64,000 bases of DNA from Tubiluchus corallicola (lineage: Eukaryota > Animalia > Priapulida), in the NCBI GenBank assembly GCA_030141605.1, contig JAQGDQ010000121.1:372001-436000 (forward strand), in the 5' to 3' direction. Below the pieces are notes generated by a model that saw only the letters and a list, made by a program, of their open reading frames with translations, had not been told where the DNA came from and made no database searches. Below, one piece after another: positions 37,701-52,700 of this stretch (position 1 is its first letter; every line of letters starts with the position of its first letter). The position numbers and the translations under genes are program-made.

Positions 37701-40700
37701 ATTAAACATCACTGATCAACGAATGCACTAGAAAGAAGATATGTTAAAATTTTTGGCCGAACCTCTTCAAAGCCAGCTTTTGCTGTCTGTAAATAGCAGA
37801 AGCAAGTTTTTCTACAGCATCTTACTAAGGAACAAACACTTACAAATGCTTGGTGTTGCATATGTTGTGATTGCTTACTAGATCATTTAATGCCTCTCCA
37901 TAAACGAGATGTTCTTTGAAATTTTATATCATTTACATGCTGTCTTTTCACATGCAGAGCTTGTGTTAACAGTTAGGCACAGCCATTTTAACGATTAAAC
38001 TGAAAAAATATTCTGAGCATTTGTAACGCACTCTTCACTAATTAAGCAAAAGTTTAAATAACTTTATGTTGTCAGTACAATCAGTAATATGTTTTTGGTG
38101 AATCAGTGGTGCACAGTGGGATGGCGATGCAGTGCCATTTTACCAGGTGGTGCTAACTTATTAAATTATTAAGAATTTTCTTTTTTGATTACATGTCTTT
38201 CAAACAGGCAAACTTAATGCTAGGTAATATACCTTCGTATGATTAGCTCTTTAGGATATACTTTAAAATTCCCTTTTCTACCCCTTTCAATTAAAACATG
38301 TTTCAGACATAGAAAAGAACAACCAAGAAGTGAATCTGTTTTGTTATGGCAGGATTCACAGTTTCTATTGTAAATAAGAGTGATTATTTGATCTTTGATC
38401 CATTTATGGATGTTCCTATGAGCTTGCAGTGCAGCTTGCAAGTATAGTACAATTGTCTAGCTAATTTAGTGAATTCTGAGTATGCTTCATAATCGCATAT
38501 TGCATGTGTTGTTGAATAACACAAACTGATTTCTGTGCTTTTTAGTCGATCATACAAGGTCTTAATAGGATCTGTTCATAAGAAACGATAAGCTTTTAGT
38601 TTCTACTTAGACTGTCGCTCTCTTTTGTTCGGTAAGTTGCTCCAAAGGAGCACTTCAGCTCTTGGCCTACAGGCACTTTAGCCTTAAATGTTTCTTTAAA
38701 CAAAAATTAATCTCATGCCTACGATGTACAAACTAGCATTGTGCAAATGGTGAGGCAATGATTGACAGCATATTGTAATACAAACTCCATTGTCTGTTGC
38801 TAGGCAAACAATGGATGCCATGTTATAAATCAAAACTGCATTTGATACATAGAGAAAATGGCCCTTGAGCAACATGCTTAAGTTGAAGTATTGATCAATA
38901 TGCAGGCTAGCAATCTCTTTCCTACTCCCACATGACATTTAAATTTATGCTTCCTGCTAATAATGCCAGTTGGCTTATTAGGCCACTGTCGCTGATCACT
39001 AATAAAATTTTGTAGATCACATTTTATTTAGCATTTTACTTTTTGGTTATTAATATTAGTTAATTATGTGGATCTGGAGTTTAATTTATTTTGACTGTAT
39101 GATAGATGTTACCGTATATACTCGCATATAAGCCGAATTTAGAACTATAAAATACAATACTGAAATCAGGGGGTCGGCTTATATGCGCATGAAACAAAAT
39201 GAACACAAGGACAGACACTAATGCCAATTTTCCAGCCACACATTTTCATCGCTATCTGACTCTTTATTTGGTTGTGTGTCACCAGTGGTGTATTGGAGGG
39301 GGATCGTGGGGGATCGCCGTCCACCCACTTTTTTTTTAGAAAAAATTCACATTTCAATAAATGTCTGCTTTTTGTATTCATTAGATAAAAAATATTAAAA
39401 ATGTATACGGGTTTAATATTAAATCTACTTGTTTTCATTTTTTCAAAAAACGGTTTTAAATAATGTCAATTTCTTTCAAATTTGTGAATGTAAAATGGTA
39501 AGTCTTGAGACTAGCCGTCCACCTACTTTTTATTTAGCAATACACCACTGTGTGTCACCAGTTGCGAGCCGTAACCAAGCTACAGCTAGTGGTGAAGCCG
39601 ACGTCATCAGCCAATTGGTAGGCAGCGCGTGGGGAGACGAGGGTCACGTGGCTTATAGAGGAACATATTGGTGTACACGTTTTCTGAACAGACACTCTAT
39701 AAGTTTGAGACAGAGAATGAAAATTGCACAAAAATTGCCATCACAATATGAACATAAACTTTTGGGTTTTCAAAAGTATGTTATTGATCAAAGAAAGGCT
39801 GGTGACTTCCCTCTCTGCAGAATTGGCAACATGGATGAGACAATTTGATGGTCGGCTTATATACGGGTTTTTGCAAAAACTGGCCGTTTTAAAGCAGTTT
39901 TAGGGGGTCGGCTTATCTGCGATGTAGGCTTATATGCGAGTATATACGGTAATTGTTTTCTAGCCATGGATTTACTGACATACATGGATAAAAGCGTTGA
40001 CCCTTGTGACGATTTCTTCGAGTTTGCTTGTGGTAACTTTGATCGCCAACATGTCATTCCTGAGGATAAGGCTGGTTATGATACATTTTCTAAACTAAAG
40101 GATGACTTAGAGTTGAAGCTGCGAGGTAATATCATGAGGACATTTTCACTGTTTGTTTGTAAAAATTGACTGATCATTCTTGAAGAATATGTGGTATATT
40201 AATGTTGAATTTAAATCTTTTATGCTTTTAATGTTCCAAATGCCTATGGATCAAATGTACTTGTTTACTTTAATATTTTTTGGTAGCATCATCTGTTGGT
40301 AGGAAATACATTTATTGTCTAAGGCTTGTTTATGTGTAGAAAGTGAATCAAATACGTTTATTTACATTTGATGGCATCACTTGTTAATAGGAAATGGATT
40401 AAATATGCTTGGTAATATTTACTGCAAATGCAAGTTTACTGAGTTAATGCATTTGATCCATGATATTTGTTATTGACTCAATATGTGTTTTAAGAGAAGT
40501 ATCCAATGAGTTTTACTTCTCACAAAAATAAATGCAGTTTAGTATTAGTTAATAACTGTAATACTATAGTTAATTGTATGTGTCATACTGATAAAACAAT
40601 GGCACATCAATGTATTAAATATTTTGTAGTTATTTTAGAAGAACCCGCCTGTGACAAAGACAGCAATGCGACACTAAAAGCTAAACATCTCTACCACTCT

Positions 40701-43700
40701 TGCGTTAATGAAGGTAAGATGAAACAAAGATCGCAAACCACTAATGGTCTTGTAGCAACATTTACTAGATTTTTCTTCCGTGTGCAATACACATTCAACT
40801 ATGGTTGGTTCATAGCAAAACTTAAAATATATATATATATTATATTTTTGTTACAAATGCTGATGGTCACCCTGTGCCTTCCGTTCTTCATTCAATGAAA
40901 ATTTTACATGGCATACAAATCTGGTACGCTGTTTCAACTAAAATTAATAGTTTGGTGGCACAGGCTAACGTTTCTTCAATTCCACCGTAGTTGTATGTTA
41001 GAAGTGAAGGTATATGATCCTGGTATCTTGACTGCTGAATTGAGTGCTGTATTTTAGCCTGCAGGGAACTAAGCTATATAGAAAATGTTAACACTGTTGA
41101 AGTTCAGTAGCACATCAAAATCATTCTTTCACAAGTGATTTTAATGTAGATCTGTTTCACTGTTTTTTTTCTTTACAAATGAATTTGTATGGTATGCCTA
41201 CTGATTAGTAATATTGTGGAATAATGTTAAAATGAATAATAAAATAAAACAGTCATTAGTGCATTCCATTTTATTTATTACACAGCATTAATTGAAAAGC
41301 GTGGCAGTGATCCACTGCTCAAGTTTATCTCTCAGCTGGGTGGATGGCCAGTCCTGGAAACATCATGGACTGATGAAAGCTTCAACTGGATTGACCTGAT
41401 GGCAAAATTAAGAATGTACAACAATGACATTCTTGTGCAACAGTGGGTGGGACCAGACGGAGAGAATTCTAGTCGACATATTATACAGGTGTGAGTGTAA
41501 ACAAGTGGTTAGTTAACTGAACAAGTTTTATACTTATCTCTGATAAGAAAATGACAAAATAAACATTTTCAAGACTTGCATAAATATTTTTTTATTTTCA
41601 GCTGGATCAGACGGATTTGGGTTTGCCATCCCGAGAATATTTCTTCAACTTAACTGATGGCACACCAGAAGCATACAAGAAACTCATGAGGGAGGTGGCC
41701 GTTTTACTGGGAGCTGATCCACAAACTGTCGACAGGGACGTCAATGAGATATTTGACTTTGAGTTACAACTTGCAAATGTTAGTGAAGTTGTTTCAATAC
41801 TTTTAGCATTGTGCATGTTAGTACAATGTTAATGCAAATTAATTTGCTTGTTTGTTTGTTTGCTATCAATTTATTATACTTTTCTAAAATTGCTTGTGCA
41901 TTGTAGACTTTAGTACCTCTATGTATAAAAAATGATTGATTAGAGTATGTCATAGCTTGCATTAGGTGTATTAGTAAAAAAGACTGCAGCATGGGTTTTT
42001 TTTATTCAGATGACCATCCCACATGACCAGCGTCGTGATTTCTACTCCATATATAAGAAGATAACAGTAGGGACATTAATTGAAAGAATCCCTAAGGTAC
42101 CATCATTACACACAGTATGGAGCGTGTTTTTCAGTTTTTATGCCTTATCAGTATTTCTTACAGTAATCCTTATTACGATTTTATGAATTAGCTCATTCTT
42201 TACAGTGCCAAAATATACTTGGTGATGTGTGTATTAATTTTGCTTTAAAACTGCACTTCAGCTTTTTTCCATAGGCATACTGATTTAATTTATTATTTTT
42301 TTGTTTTGATAACTTTTGTTTGTGGATTGGAATAGCTACTTAAACAAGAAAACCTTATTATCATTTATGTAAATACTGGACATATTTATTTACAAATTAC
42401 ACAGTATTTTATGCGTGGCTTCTGTAATTATAGCTTATCACTTGCCTTTGTTTTACCAAGCTTAGCTTAGGTTTGTAATGTTTGTAAACTATTTAAGCAC
42501 AAACAGTAGACTTATATGCATGGTAACAGGTAATATATTATTTTTGTTTGCTGTTGTTATTGCGCAGGTGTGGAATTAATTTGATCGTGTCCTTAATAAT
42601 GTTGTTGATGCTAGGTTGTTTTGAGATGAAAAGAAACCTTATTTATGAATTTAGCCAATAATAGCTAAACATATGTGGGGTTTAAACAGTTTCTAGTTCA
42701 GTAGTTGTTTAGATAGACTGGATGCGATATCTAACAGCCATCATGCCATTTGACATAACCCCTGAAGAAGAGGTAGTCATATATGCTGAAGATTATTTCC
42801 ACAGACTAGGTGATTTGATTGAAAAGACAAAACCTAGGTGAGCTAAATTTAAACCAATCAAACTACAAGTTAATAAATTTTTTCACAGCTTGTACACATT
42901 GTTAAGTCATTCTTTTAATTAGGTAAGTGACAGAGTATCATTAAGAATCTTACTTTCTTGTAAGATTGTAATTATTTAGACTAATCCAAAAATCCATAAA
43001 AGACAATGTTGAATTTGTACAAGCATTGATCATACATTTACTATAATGTATTTCTGTCTCTTGCACGCTTGTTTCAACGTGTCTGCATCACTTTATCGTA
43101 AACAGTTTTGTATGCTTACTGTTTTGTACATTGATTGTTTTGCGTGCTAGTTGTTTTGGATACTCACTTGTTAAAATGTGTCAGTGTTTTATTTTATTGT
43201 AAATAATTTTGTGTGCTGATTGCTTTAATGTGTGTCGGTGATGGTGACTTCGGCTAATATTTATTTTTACAAAAATCGTTGATAAGAAGTTTTAATGTAA
43301 TGTAGTGTAATATATTGCAATGGTTCTTAAATCTGCTTTCACTAGACTATTATTACTGGTTTTATCCATCATTGATTTCATCCATTTATGATATTTATTT
43401 AGTTTGTGCTTGTAATTTACGTCTCAGCATCACTGATTAATGTCACAGAATCGCTTCCTCTCATACAACATTGTATGACACAGTTTGCTGCTATTTAAAG
43501 TCAGTCACTTATTTTTTCACAGCTGTCAAGAACTATGCTTTATGTGTCATGTTTGTTGCTAAATTTTGGGTGTGGTTACTAACATTAAAAATTTTTACAG
43601 GGTCGTCGCTAACTATCTGATATGGAGAATTGTTAAGAATCGTGTTAGTAACTTGGACAAGGAGTTCTTAAAACTCAAATTAGCATTTCAAAAGGTATGG

Positions 43701-46700
43701 TATAACCCTTTTCCTAGTCATTTCACATGAGTAATCTTACCTCATTAAATATGATTTGCTTTTGCCTAGGAAGTATGCCCTGCTTCTGACAAATAATTTT
43801 GACTAAAATAATTTTCTTAAACTTCATTTTTACACATTTTATGAAACAAAAAATACATTTCATCTTGATGATAACATTTTGTGGATTATGCAACCTTCAA
43901 ATTCAGTGTAATCATATTGACAACAGCATTAATTGCTCATTGTGGACATGGATATTATTTTCTCGTAAAGCAATCAAGGCTCTATAGAAAAAACATTAAG
44001 CAATAAGCCTCTTGTCTCAAGAACAAAACCAAATTAAGACAGTCAACTTGCCAGATTTCACTTAATAGTTTTTTGCTCACTAATTTGTCTCATAACCCAT
44101 TTGAGCCTTGGAATTGAGATAAAACAAAGTGCACTGCATTTAAACTGCGTACAAATGTATCGTGCGTTCATGTTCTCCATTCTTTAGGTGTTGTTGGGTA
44201 CAGAAAAGGAAGTAAGCCGATGGAGTAAGTGTGTGAACTACGTGAATGATAATATGGGAATGGCAGTTGGGGCTATGTTTGTTGACAAACATTTTCGCCA
44301 GGATGCTAAACAACCGGTACATATAATGAAGTGATCGATTTACATTTAGCTTTGCAATAAACTTGCACGGTTGCAATTTGTGGTTTTCTATAATAGCAAA
44401 ATAACATGTTCAAAGATTTTTGCTGCATCTCTTAATAAGCTTTTAGATGATCTTGTATCTTTTTTGGGGCACTGTCTAAACACTTTACCAAGATCACAAG
44501 CGATTAGCATGTCCTACCTAGCATAACTGGCATTACTAGAGCGCACATTCGAACTAGTGATTTTGCTACAGCAAAGTATTTCAGTATCAGAAATACAGTT
44601 TTCCCATCAGCCAGAGATCTTTCGCGAACACTTAATGTGAAAGGCTTTGAGCCGTTTGATGGGTCTACATTTTATGGTCAACACTGTGAATCTGTGTAGT
44701 AAGGAAGAAGAGCAGACAGCCTGGCAGGTATTATTAATTAGCAACACTTTGTTGAGTTTCAAACAATTAATGTGTAGTTGAATTTTTTCACACCCACATT
44801 AAGTTTAATTAACTTATTACAATAGTAAATTTCGTGGTTTAACTTTATGCAGGCATTGGAAATGATAAGAGAAATTCGAGGAATATTTGATGGGCTTTTA
44901 CATGAGTCAGAATGGATGGATGAAAAGACCAAATACGTTGCTATAGAGAAGGTAAAATTAATAAAAACCTTGCTACGTTTTTTAAACTTAATTTTGCATT
45001 ATTTTACTTCAAAAATTTATGTTTTTATCATGTCTTTACAGTTTTGTAATTCTCCTTGTGAAGCTAAAAAAATGCAAAACTTTTCGAGGGTAATAAACTT
45101 TTATCATTGCCAAAATGAAACTTCATTCATTAAGTGAGGACATAATTCTGTGCTATGATTTACTTTTGATGCAAGTTTTATTTGTTTTAGGCAAAAGCTA
45201 TCACTGAAAAGATCGGCTATCCAGATTTTATCATGAACTCATCTTTGCTGGATTTTGAGTATGAAGATGTAAGAAGTGCTTAGTTTAAATTTAAGAAGAA
45301 ATTTTAATACTTTTTTGAATTGTACTCTTTTACCTTTAATCCATAATTTTTATTAACTTTCTGGCTTTTTCTAATTGTTTGTAATTGTGCATATTTCCTT
45401 GCTAATTGTTGTTGTGCTTTGATTTACTGCTTAAGTTTATACTCTTGTTTTGTGAGCTTACCAAACTTCACTTAAAAAAATATAGTTTAAAATTTTTTTA
45501 AGCTCCTTCAAGTTGAGTTAGAATACAAGAAAATAGAATTTTATATTTAGCTAGAAATACACAAAGACACTTACTTTGAAAATGTTCTGCAAAACCTGAA
45601 AAATTTGGCAGTGAAAGAACAGCAGGAGTTGCGGACGCCAGTGGACAAGAAGAAGTAAGTTGGTGGTTTTGTATCAGAGTCGCTTTGCTTTCCCGTACTG
45701 TTAGAACGGCAGAAAATCCTCTGTTTGTCTACTTTGCATGTCTGGCTATCATTAGTCTTTTTGTGAAATCTATTGAATTTTGGATAATTAACAATAAATT
45801 TTGCATATACTGCTGTGGACTTATGTGCAAATGTTATATGTGCATGAATTTGAATTCATAATTGTTCAGCTAGAACTGTTTTCCAATTTATCTCTGACTA
45901 ATACAGTCTAACCTGTTATTATAATGCCGGCCTCGCTATAATGCCAACTTTTGGCTTGTCCAGATTTCCATAATGTATTAAATATAAGGAGTACTGCTAT
46001 TCTCCAGCGTATCTGCTTTGCCAAAAGTCCATTTTCATTTTACATAATAAGTCTACCCCGTTATAATGCGCAATGAAGTTTCTGCTGAAAAACGGCCACT
46101 GTATTGTAGAAACAATGATCTGAACAGAAAAACAATTATTGTGTTTAAATTACGATCTAGGTTTCGCGTGCAAGAGTTGCGTAGCTAAGATTCAGTAATG
46201 AACTGATGTGAATTTAAAGGCTGCTGTTTGTACTGCTTCGTCTCAAGATGAAGTTATGTGCGGCACTTAGTCTTAATTGTCCAGTAATGTTACGTTTGGA
46301 ACGTGGACAGCATGGCTGCATATTTCTCTATCAGCAGTTGGCTAATTACCAGTATTTTGCAAGACTGCTTCTCAACGTTGTGTTATGTAAAAGTTTTCTC
46401 AGGTACCGATGTAGAACTACACCTGCATTGATAATGATGCAAAAATGTGCAGTATTCCACATATTAACATAGGTATAATAAATCTATATACTACACCTAT
46501 TTATCACATATTAAAAGTAATTAGTAAACAAAATCGAGGTTGCACAGTAGCATGGCTTTGACATTTGATGAACCTCGCCTTACCGCCAGCCCCGCTATAA
46601 CGCTATATTTAGTGAAGTCCCAGTCCTGAGATTATAATGAGTTTTCACCGTATTACATTTTAAACTATGATAAGCCAAAATTAACCTCACAAATAATTAA

Positions 46701-49700
46701 TTTAAAAGGAGGAAAGCGCTTAAAAATGGTGAACCCAAATCCTTGCAATTATCGGCCAAACATAGTAGAATGGGTTTGAAATATCGTCTGAGCAGTGTAA
46801 GAGTGAAACTAACTAATGGATTATTTACTCAAATAAACTAGTTAATTATTGATCAATTAATTGATTAGATCTCTAATTGGTACAGTAGATTTCCAGCATC
46901 TAATAGCAAATTCTATGACATCAAAAACAAAAACAGAGCTAATGTCTGTTCTTTATATCACCTACTTTCCAAGTAACTTGCAATAAATATTTCCGCACCT
47001 CTTAATTAAAGGAAATTTTAAACTTGTCTGCTTGTAAAACTGATGTTTGCTCTTTTTTGTTCATAGATGGAACACTACACCAGCTGTAGTCAATGCATTT
47101 TACAGCAGATCTAGAAATCAAATCAGTGAGTTTTACGCTTGCATTTGACTCTCCAGCTTTTTCACAAATTGTGAACCTTTCACACTTTTATACTTTTGCG
47201 ACTTTTAACGGGAACATCTGTATTTTTCCAGGTTGCTATAAGAGCTAATCTTATTCTTTTTTTTATTAGTGTTTCCTGCCGGAATTCTACAGCCTCCATT
47301 TTATAGTAAAACTTACCCAACATCTGCCAACTATGGCGGCATTGGTGTTGTGATAGGTCACGAAATTACACATGGTTTTGATGATAAAGGTAATTATACG
47401 TAAATACATTTACAATCAAAATCAAGTTCTTTGATGTTTGCAAATTTCTTTTGCATAATCTTTTTCTTTATAAAAATGTTCAATATGTATTCTTTTTCTG
47501 AGACTACTTGACCTAGAACAAGAAGTGTATCCGAAGTTTTGCCTTGTTTTTGTTAGAATAAAAACTTATTTTCAAGGTCGTCAGTTTGATCAGCATGGAA
47601 ATCTGAAACAATGGTGGTCTCCGGGAGCCACAAAAAAGTTCAAATCTAAAGCTCAGTGTATTATAGATCAGTACGGAGGTTACACGGTAGAGCAAGTTCA
47701 AATTAATGTAAGTCTTAAAGTTAAATATTATTGCTCTTGAAAAATTTTGGGTTTAAGACCATTAATAAGAATGCTTATTTATTCTACAATCAGACTTTTA
47801 AGCAGATAGTTTTATGCAGTGTGTGTCTAGAACTAGGTGTAACAGTCTTATATTGTTCAATGATGATTTTCCTGCATGTCTTATAAATATTTGGTATCTG
47901 AGGTATCTCTTTCTTTAGTTTAGTGTTTTTAGGGGGAAGCAAGACAGGTATTTAGACGATTCTCAGCTTTTCCACTATGTGTCAAGTTCGCTTTTACATG
48001 TAGGTAAATGGAAAAGGCACACAAGGAGAGAATATAGCTGATAATGGAGGTTTGAAACAGGCATATATGGCATACAAACGCTGGACAGAAAAACTTGGGC
48101 CTGAGCCATTATTGCCTGGGCTAGGATTGACACACGATCAAATATTTTTCTTGAATTTTGCTCAGGTAGGATTACTTTCATTGCTTGGCATTGCTATCCT
48201 AAAACTTGGAAACATTTTTGTTACAAAAAGTTTTTGGACGATTTTAAGTATGTTAAAATTTTTTGCATTGGTGTCAGCATCAATAGTTATTACTGAATTA
48301 TGTATTACAGATATGGTGTGGAACAATGAGGCCTCAAGCTATGGTACAGCGCTTGCGGACAGGTGTACATAGCCCCAGTAAATACAGGTACAGTAGCCAA
48401 CTTGCTATCAAATGTACCAACTGTTAGGGATGCACATTATGTTAAGTGAATGCCAAAAATGTTCCTGTTTACATCTAGGACAGGGGTGGGCAAACTTATT
48501 GGCTCAGGAGCTACATTGACTTTTAAAACTTGACAGACGTGCCGGGCCAGCACCAGATGCATACATATGAAACGTAAACCTAAAAAAGGCATTACAGTAT
48601 TAATACTTACATTTACTTTTAGTGGGAACAGTGTTGTTGGTCACCCTTTCTTGCCAGTGCATCGAAGTTCCGTGTTAATTTTGTAGTGGCAATTCTCAGA
48701 ACAGATCTGAGGTATTCATCACTCAGCTGGGATCTGTGTGGAGCTTTGTTGGTGTTAATCACACTAAATGTCTGTTCACATACATATATAGAGCCAAACA
48801 ACACCAGCATCCTCTGTGCCATCTTCTGGATGTTTGGAAATTTGGCTGCACTTAATGAAGCATAAAACTAGGCAGTGTCACATTGGAGATCAATCACTTC
48901 CAACTGAAACTCCTCTGGCACTGTTTCAGGGTCTTGTGTGAAGGGACATGACACCAGTTGAAGTAACTTGTCAATTTTTCCACAATCTGCTAACCGACGG
49001 CAGAATTCTTCGTGCAGGTCGTCCAGTGATTTCCTGTATTTTTTCACATGTCAAGGGGTCTCTTTCAGCATAGCCCATGTGGGAAAATGAGCAAATGACT
49101 TGTTTGACATTTGCTTTTGAAATAAAGCTAGCTTGGTTTTGAAGGCTCTGAGATTTGTGTACATTTCATGCACAAACAGGTGTTTCCCTTGTAGCTTAAT
49201 GTTCAGCTCATTCGTGTGTGTCAGTATGTCCACAGCAAATGCTAAATCACAAAGCCAATCAGCGTCACTCAGTTCAGGAAAATCGTCAGCTTTCTCAAGT
49301 AGTTCCAAAAATGAAATGGTCTCCTGTTTGAGCTCCCACACTCGTTGACATACTTTCCCCATACTTAACCAGTGAACATTGGAGTGGTAAAGCAAGTCCT
49401 GGTGATCAGCGTCATTTTCTTCAAAATAACGATGCTGAAGACCCCTCGCTCGAGTAAAGTTGATGACTTTTACAACTGGCTTCACTACATGGTTAAGCTG
49501 CAGTATGTATTTGCACAATGCTTCTTGGTGGATTGTGCAGTGTAAGAAAATCACCTCCTGCTCAGGGCTGTCCTCTTTCACCCTCTCCTGGATTCTTTTG
49601 AGCAACCCGACATTTTTTCCTGTCAGATTTGGAGATCCATCCGTGGTAATGTTGGCGAGCGTTCTCCACGGTAGCTTGTGGCTCTCGATGACCCCCGACA

Positions 49701-52700
49701 CGCTGTCATTTAAGTCCTCTCCCCGTGTTTTCCCCTTCAGGGATTTCATGGCCAAAAACTCCTCCGTTATCTCAAAATTGTCATTAATCCCTTTGATAAA
49801 AATTAAAAGCTGAGCGGTGTCCTTTATGTCATTACTTTCATCCAGCGCCACTGAATATAATGTAAATGACTCCGCTATTTTGTTAAGCTCGCTAGCTAAG
49901 TCTTTGTCAATTAGCTCAACACGGCGAGTCACTGTCCTGCATGACAAGCTAGTTTTTTTCAAATTTGCTCTTGCTCTCAGGACACAAGATACCCGCTGTC
50001 TCTACCATACACTCTTTGAGAAACTCTCCTTAGGAGAAAGGTTTGCTGGTCTTTGCTAATTTGAGGGCTGGCAAATAACTTGCCTTCGTGCTTGATTCTT
50101 GGATGGCAGTTTGTCGGACAAAGATGTTTTGCTGAGCCAGCAAAATAGCTGCCAACCTCTGAGCGGTTGCGGTCCGTTCTTGTGTTGATTGGTTGTTAGC
50201 ATAATTAGCATGCTTGGTGGAAAAGTGATGGCTGATGTTGTATTCCTTTAAAACCGCAATGGTTTCTTGGCAAATAAGACATACAGCCTTGGACCGGACC
50301 TCTGTGAAAAAGTATTTAGTTGTCCATTCCTTATTAAAAACTCGGCACTCACAGTCGACTTTTCATTTTTTTGGCCCACTTATTGCTGCATATGGGTTCA
50401 GAGCAGCATAATTCACAACTCCTGAAGAAAATGGGGACCTGTGTGGCCAACGTGATTATGGCAGCCCTGGCTCATCAATCACGGTATCAGTGCGCATATC
50501 ACTGCGTGTAGTGCTCAATGATTCTAAGGAAATATGGAATGCCATAGACTGGAAAGGAAACACGATTGAATCTGAATCCTTTGAATCTCCAACTAGCGAA
50601 GAATTCAAACGTCATTTCGAGGATCTTCTCAACCCAGATCGTGATGGTCCAGAGGACTTATTATCACTGTGCGATGGTCCAAGTATCCCTATCACAGATG
50701 ATCCGATCGCTTTCGATGAGTTTGTTTCTGCTGCTTCCGAATGTAAATCAAGTAGTAGTGGTGGACCCTCTGGTATTCCTGGTGCTGTGTTCAATTTTAT
50801 CCCAGATAATTGGATTAATTACCTGTGTTTTGTTCTGAATTTCATATTCTTTTCGCGATCTTTCCCGATTCCGTGGTGCTTTAGCCGCCTTGTTACTATT
50901 TTTAAGAGAGGATCTCGTAAGGACTGCGATAATTACCGCGGTTTGTCAATCATGGATTCCCTTGCGAAAATATACGATCAAATTTTGTGCAAACGTTTAG
51001 AGATGTGGTTCAAACCCGATAGGGAGCAGGCTGGCGCCCAAAAGGGTAGATCCTGCATTGAGTGGATTGTGACTCGAAGACTATTAATGGACTATGCACT
51101 GTTTAAAAAGAAGAAATTATATATCGTTTTCGTAGACTTCTCGAAAGCTTACGATAGAGTTCCACGTTCTGGTTTGATTAGGGCCTTGAGAGCTCTTGGC
51201 TGTGGTCTTGTGATGCTTTCTGCTCTTGCTGCCATGTATGTGAATACGCAGCTGGTCCTTGGTGCTGCCGTTATTGGTGTTACATTAGGTGTGAAGCAGG
51301 GTTCTCCGTCATCCTGTTTCCTCTTCACACTGTATATTAACCCTCTTATTCGTGAATTAAAGTCTAGATGTGGTCTCGATGGTTTCCTAGGAAATTTACA
51401 CTGTTTGATGTTGATGGATGATACAATCTTATTGTCAACATCTAGAGAAGGTATTATTCAAAAACTCAGTATCCTTATTGAGTTCTGTGATCAATCCGGT
51501 ATGAAGGTGAACTTAAAAAAGACTAAATTTATGGTTATTAATGGCGATGCTGTTGATCGTCTGGACCTCGTAGTGAACCCCCTTACTGTTAATCACTGTG
51601 ACTATTACGTTTACCTCGGTGCTGTCTTTAGCTCAACAGGAAAATTTAAACCCGCTCTGGAAAAACACTGCGAAGACAAATATTGTCACGTACTGAAGTT
51701 CGTGTCATTTATTTCTAAGAATTCAGCTTATCCTTTTGCAGTTAAGAAGTTAGTTTTAAATGCCGCGCTACTTGCTGCAATTACTTACGGATGTGAGTCT
51801 TGGCTATGCAATGACCTTAAACCTATTCAAGGGATGTATATTAGTGTTATTAAATGTTTACTCGGTGTGCGACGTACAACTGCTAATGATTTGTGTCTCA
51901 TAGAGTTGGGCCTTCCCTCCCTGAATGGTTTTGTGAAGGACACCCAATCTCGCTTTTTCAATAAGATTGTTCGCTCAAGAGTGAATACTCCTGATGATCC
52001 GTTTATGATTGTTTACAATTTGTGTCGCGAGTCAAACACCCCATGTGCTCGATATTTGCGTAATATAACTGGATACCGTGGTGATTTTATCGATGATGAC
52101 CTGAATAGAATCAAAGATAGGATCCGCGCTTCTGACCGTACGAAATTTGTCACATACTTACAACTAAACCCTGAACTCTCTATCCATCGAATTTACTGTG
52201 ACAATGTTAATGAACTGAAACGGATAAAAACGTCAAGGCTCAGACTTTCCTCACACAAGCTTGCCATAGAAACCGGTCGTTGGTCCCGTATTGAAAGAGA
52301 GCGAAGACTCTGTTCATGTGGACAAATCCAAACAGAACTGCACGTAATATGTGAATGCCCTGAAACACGTATCTTAAGAAACAATTCCGATTTAATATTT
52401 GATGATTTAGTGACTTTTTTCAGCGGAAATCCCGCTGATATTTGTAATTTTGTACACGATGCTCTAGCCATTTTTGGTCTCTAATTGTTACTACACCATA
52501 CATTGAGTGATCTATGGACTATGATCAGCCTAAATTTCTTAAATGTTGCAACTATCTCGAAACGATTCTTATGACTTTTTGTATATATCTTTGACCATGG
52601 TCAATAAATAAATAATAATAATAGTGCACCATCTGGTGAGACGCCAGGCATTACAGGACAAGGTCAAAATGAATGCAGTCATAATTATGATATGATTTGA

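Noticed and set aside
50490-52484. 664-aa RT ORF as a stand-alone domesticated gene or retron-like system
   Set aside because: The TSD, 3' simple-repeat tail and 5' truncation mark it as an ordinary LINE insertion; its GTG start comes from flanking hAT sequence.
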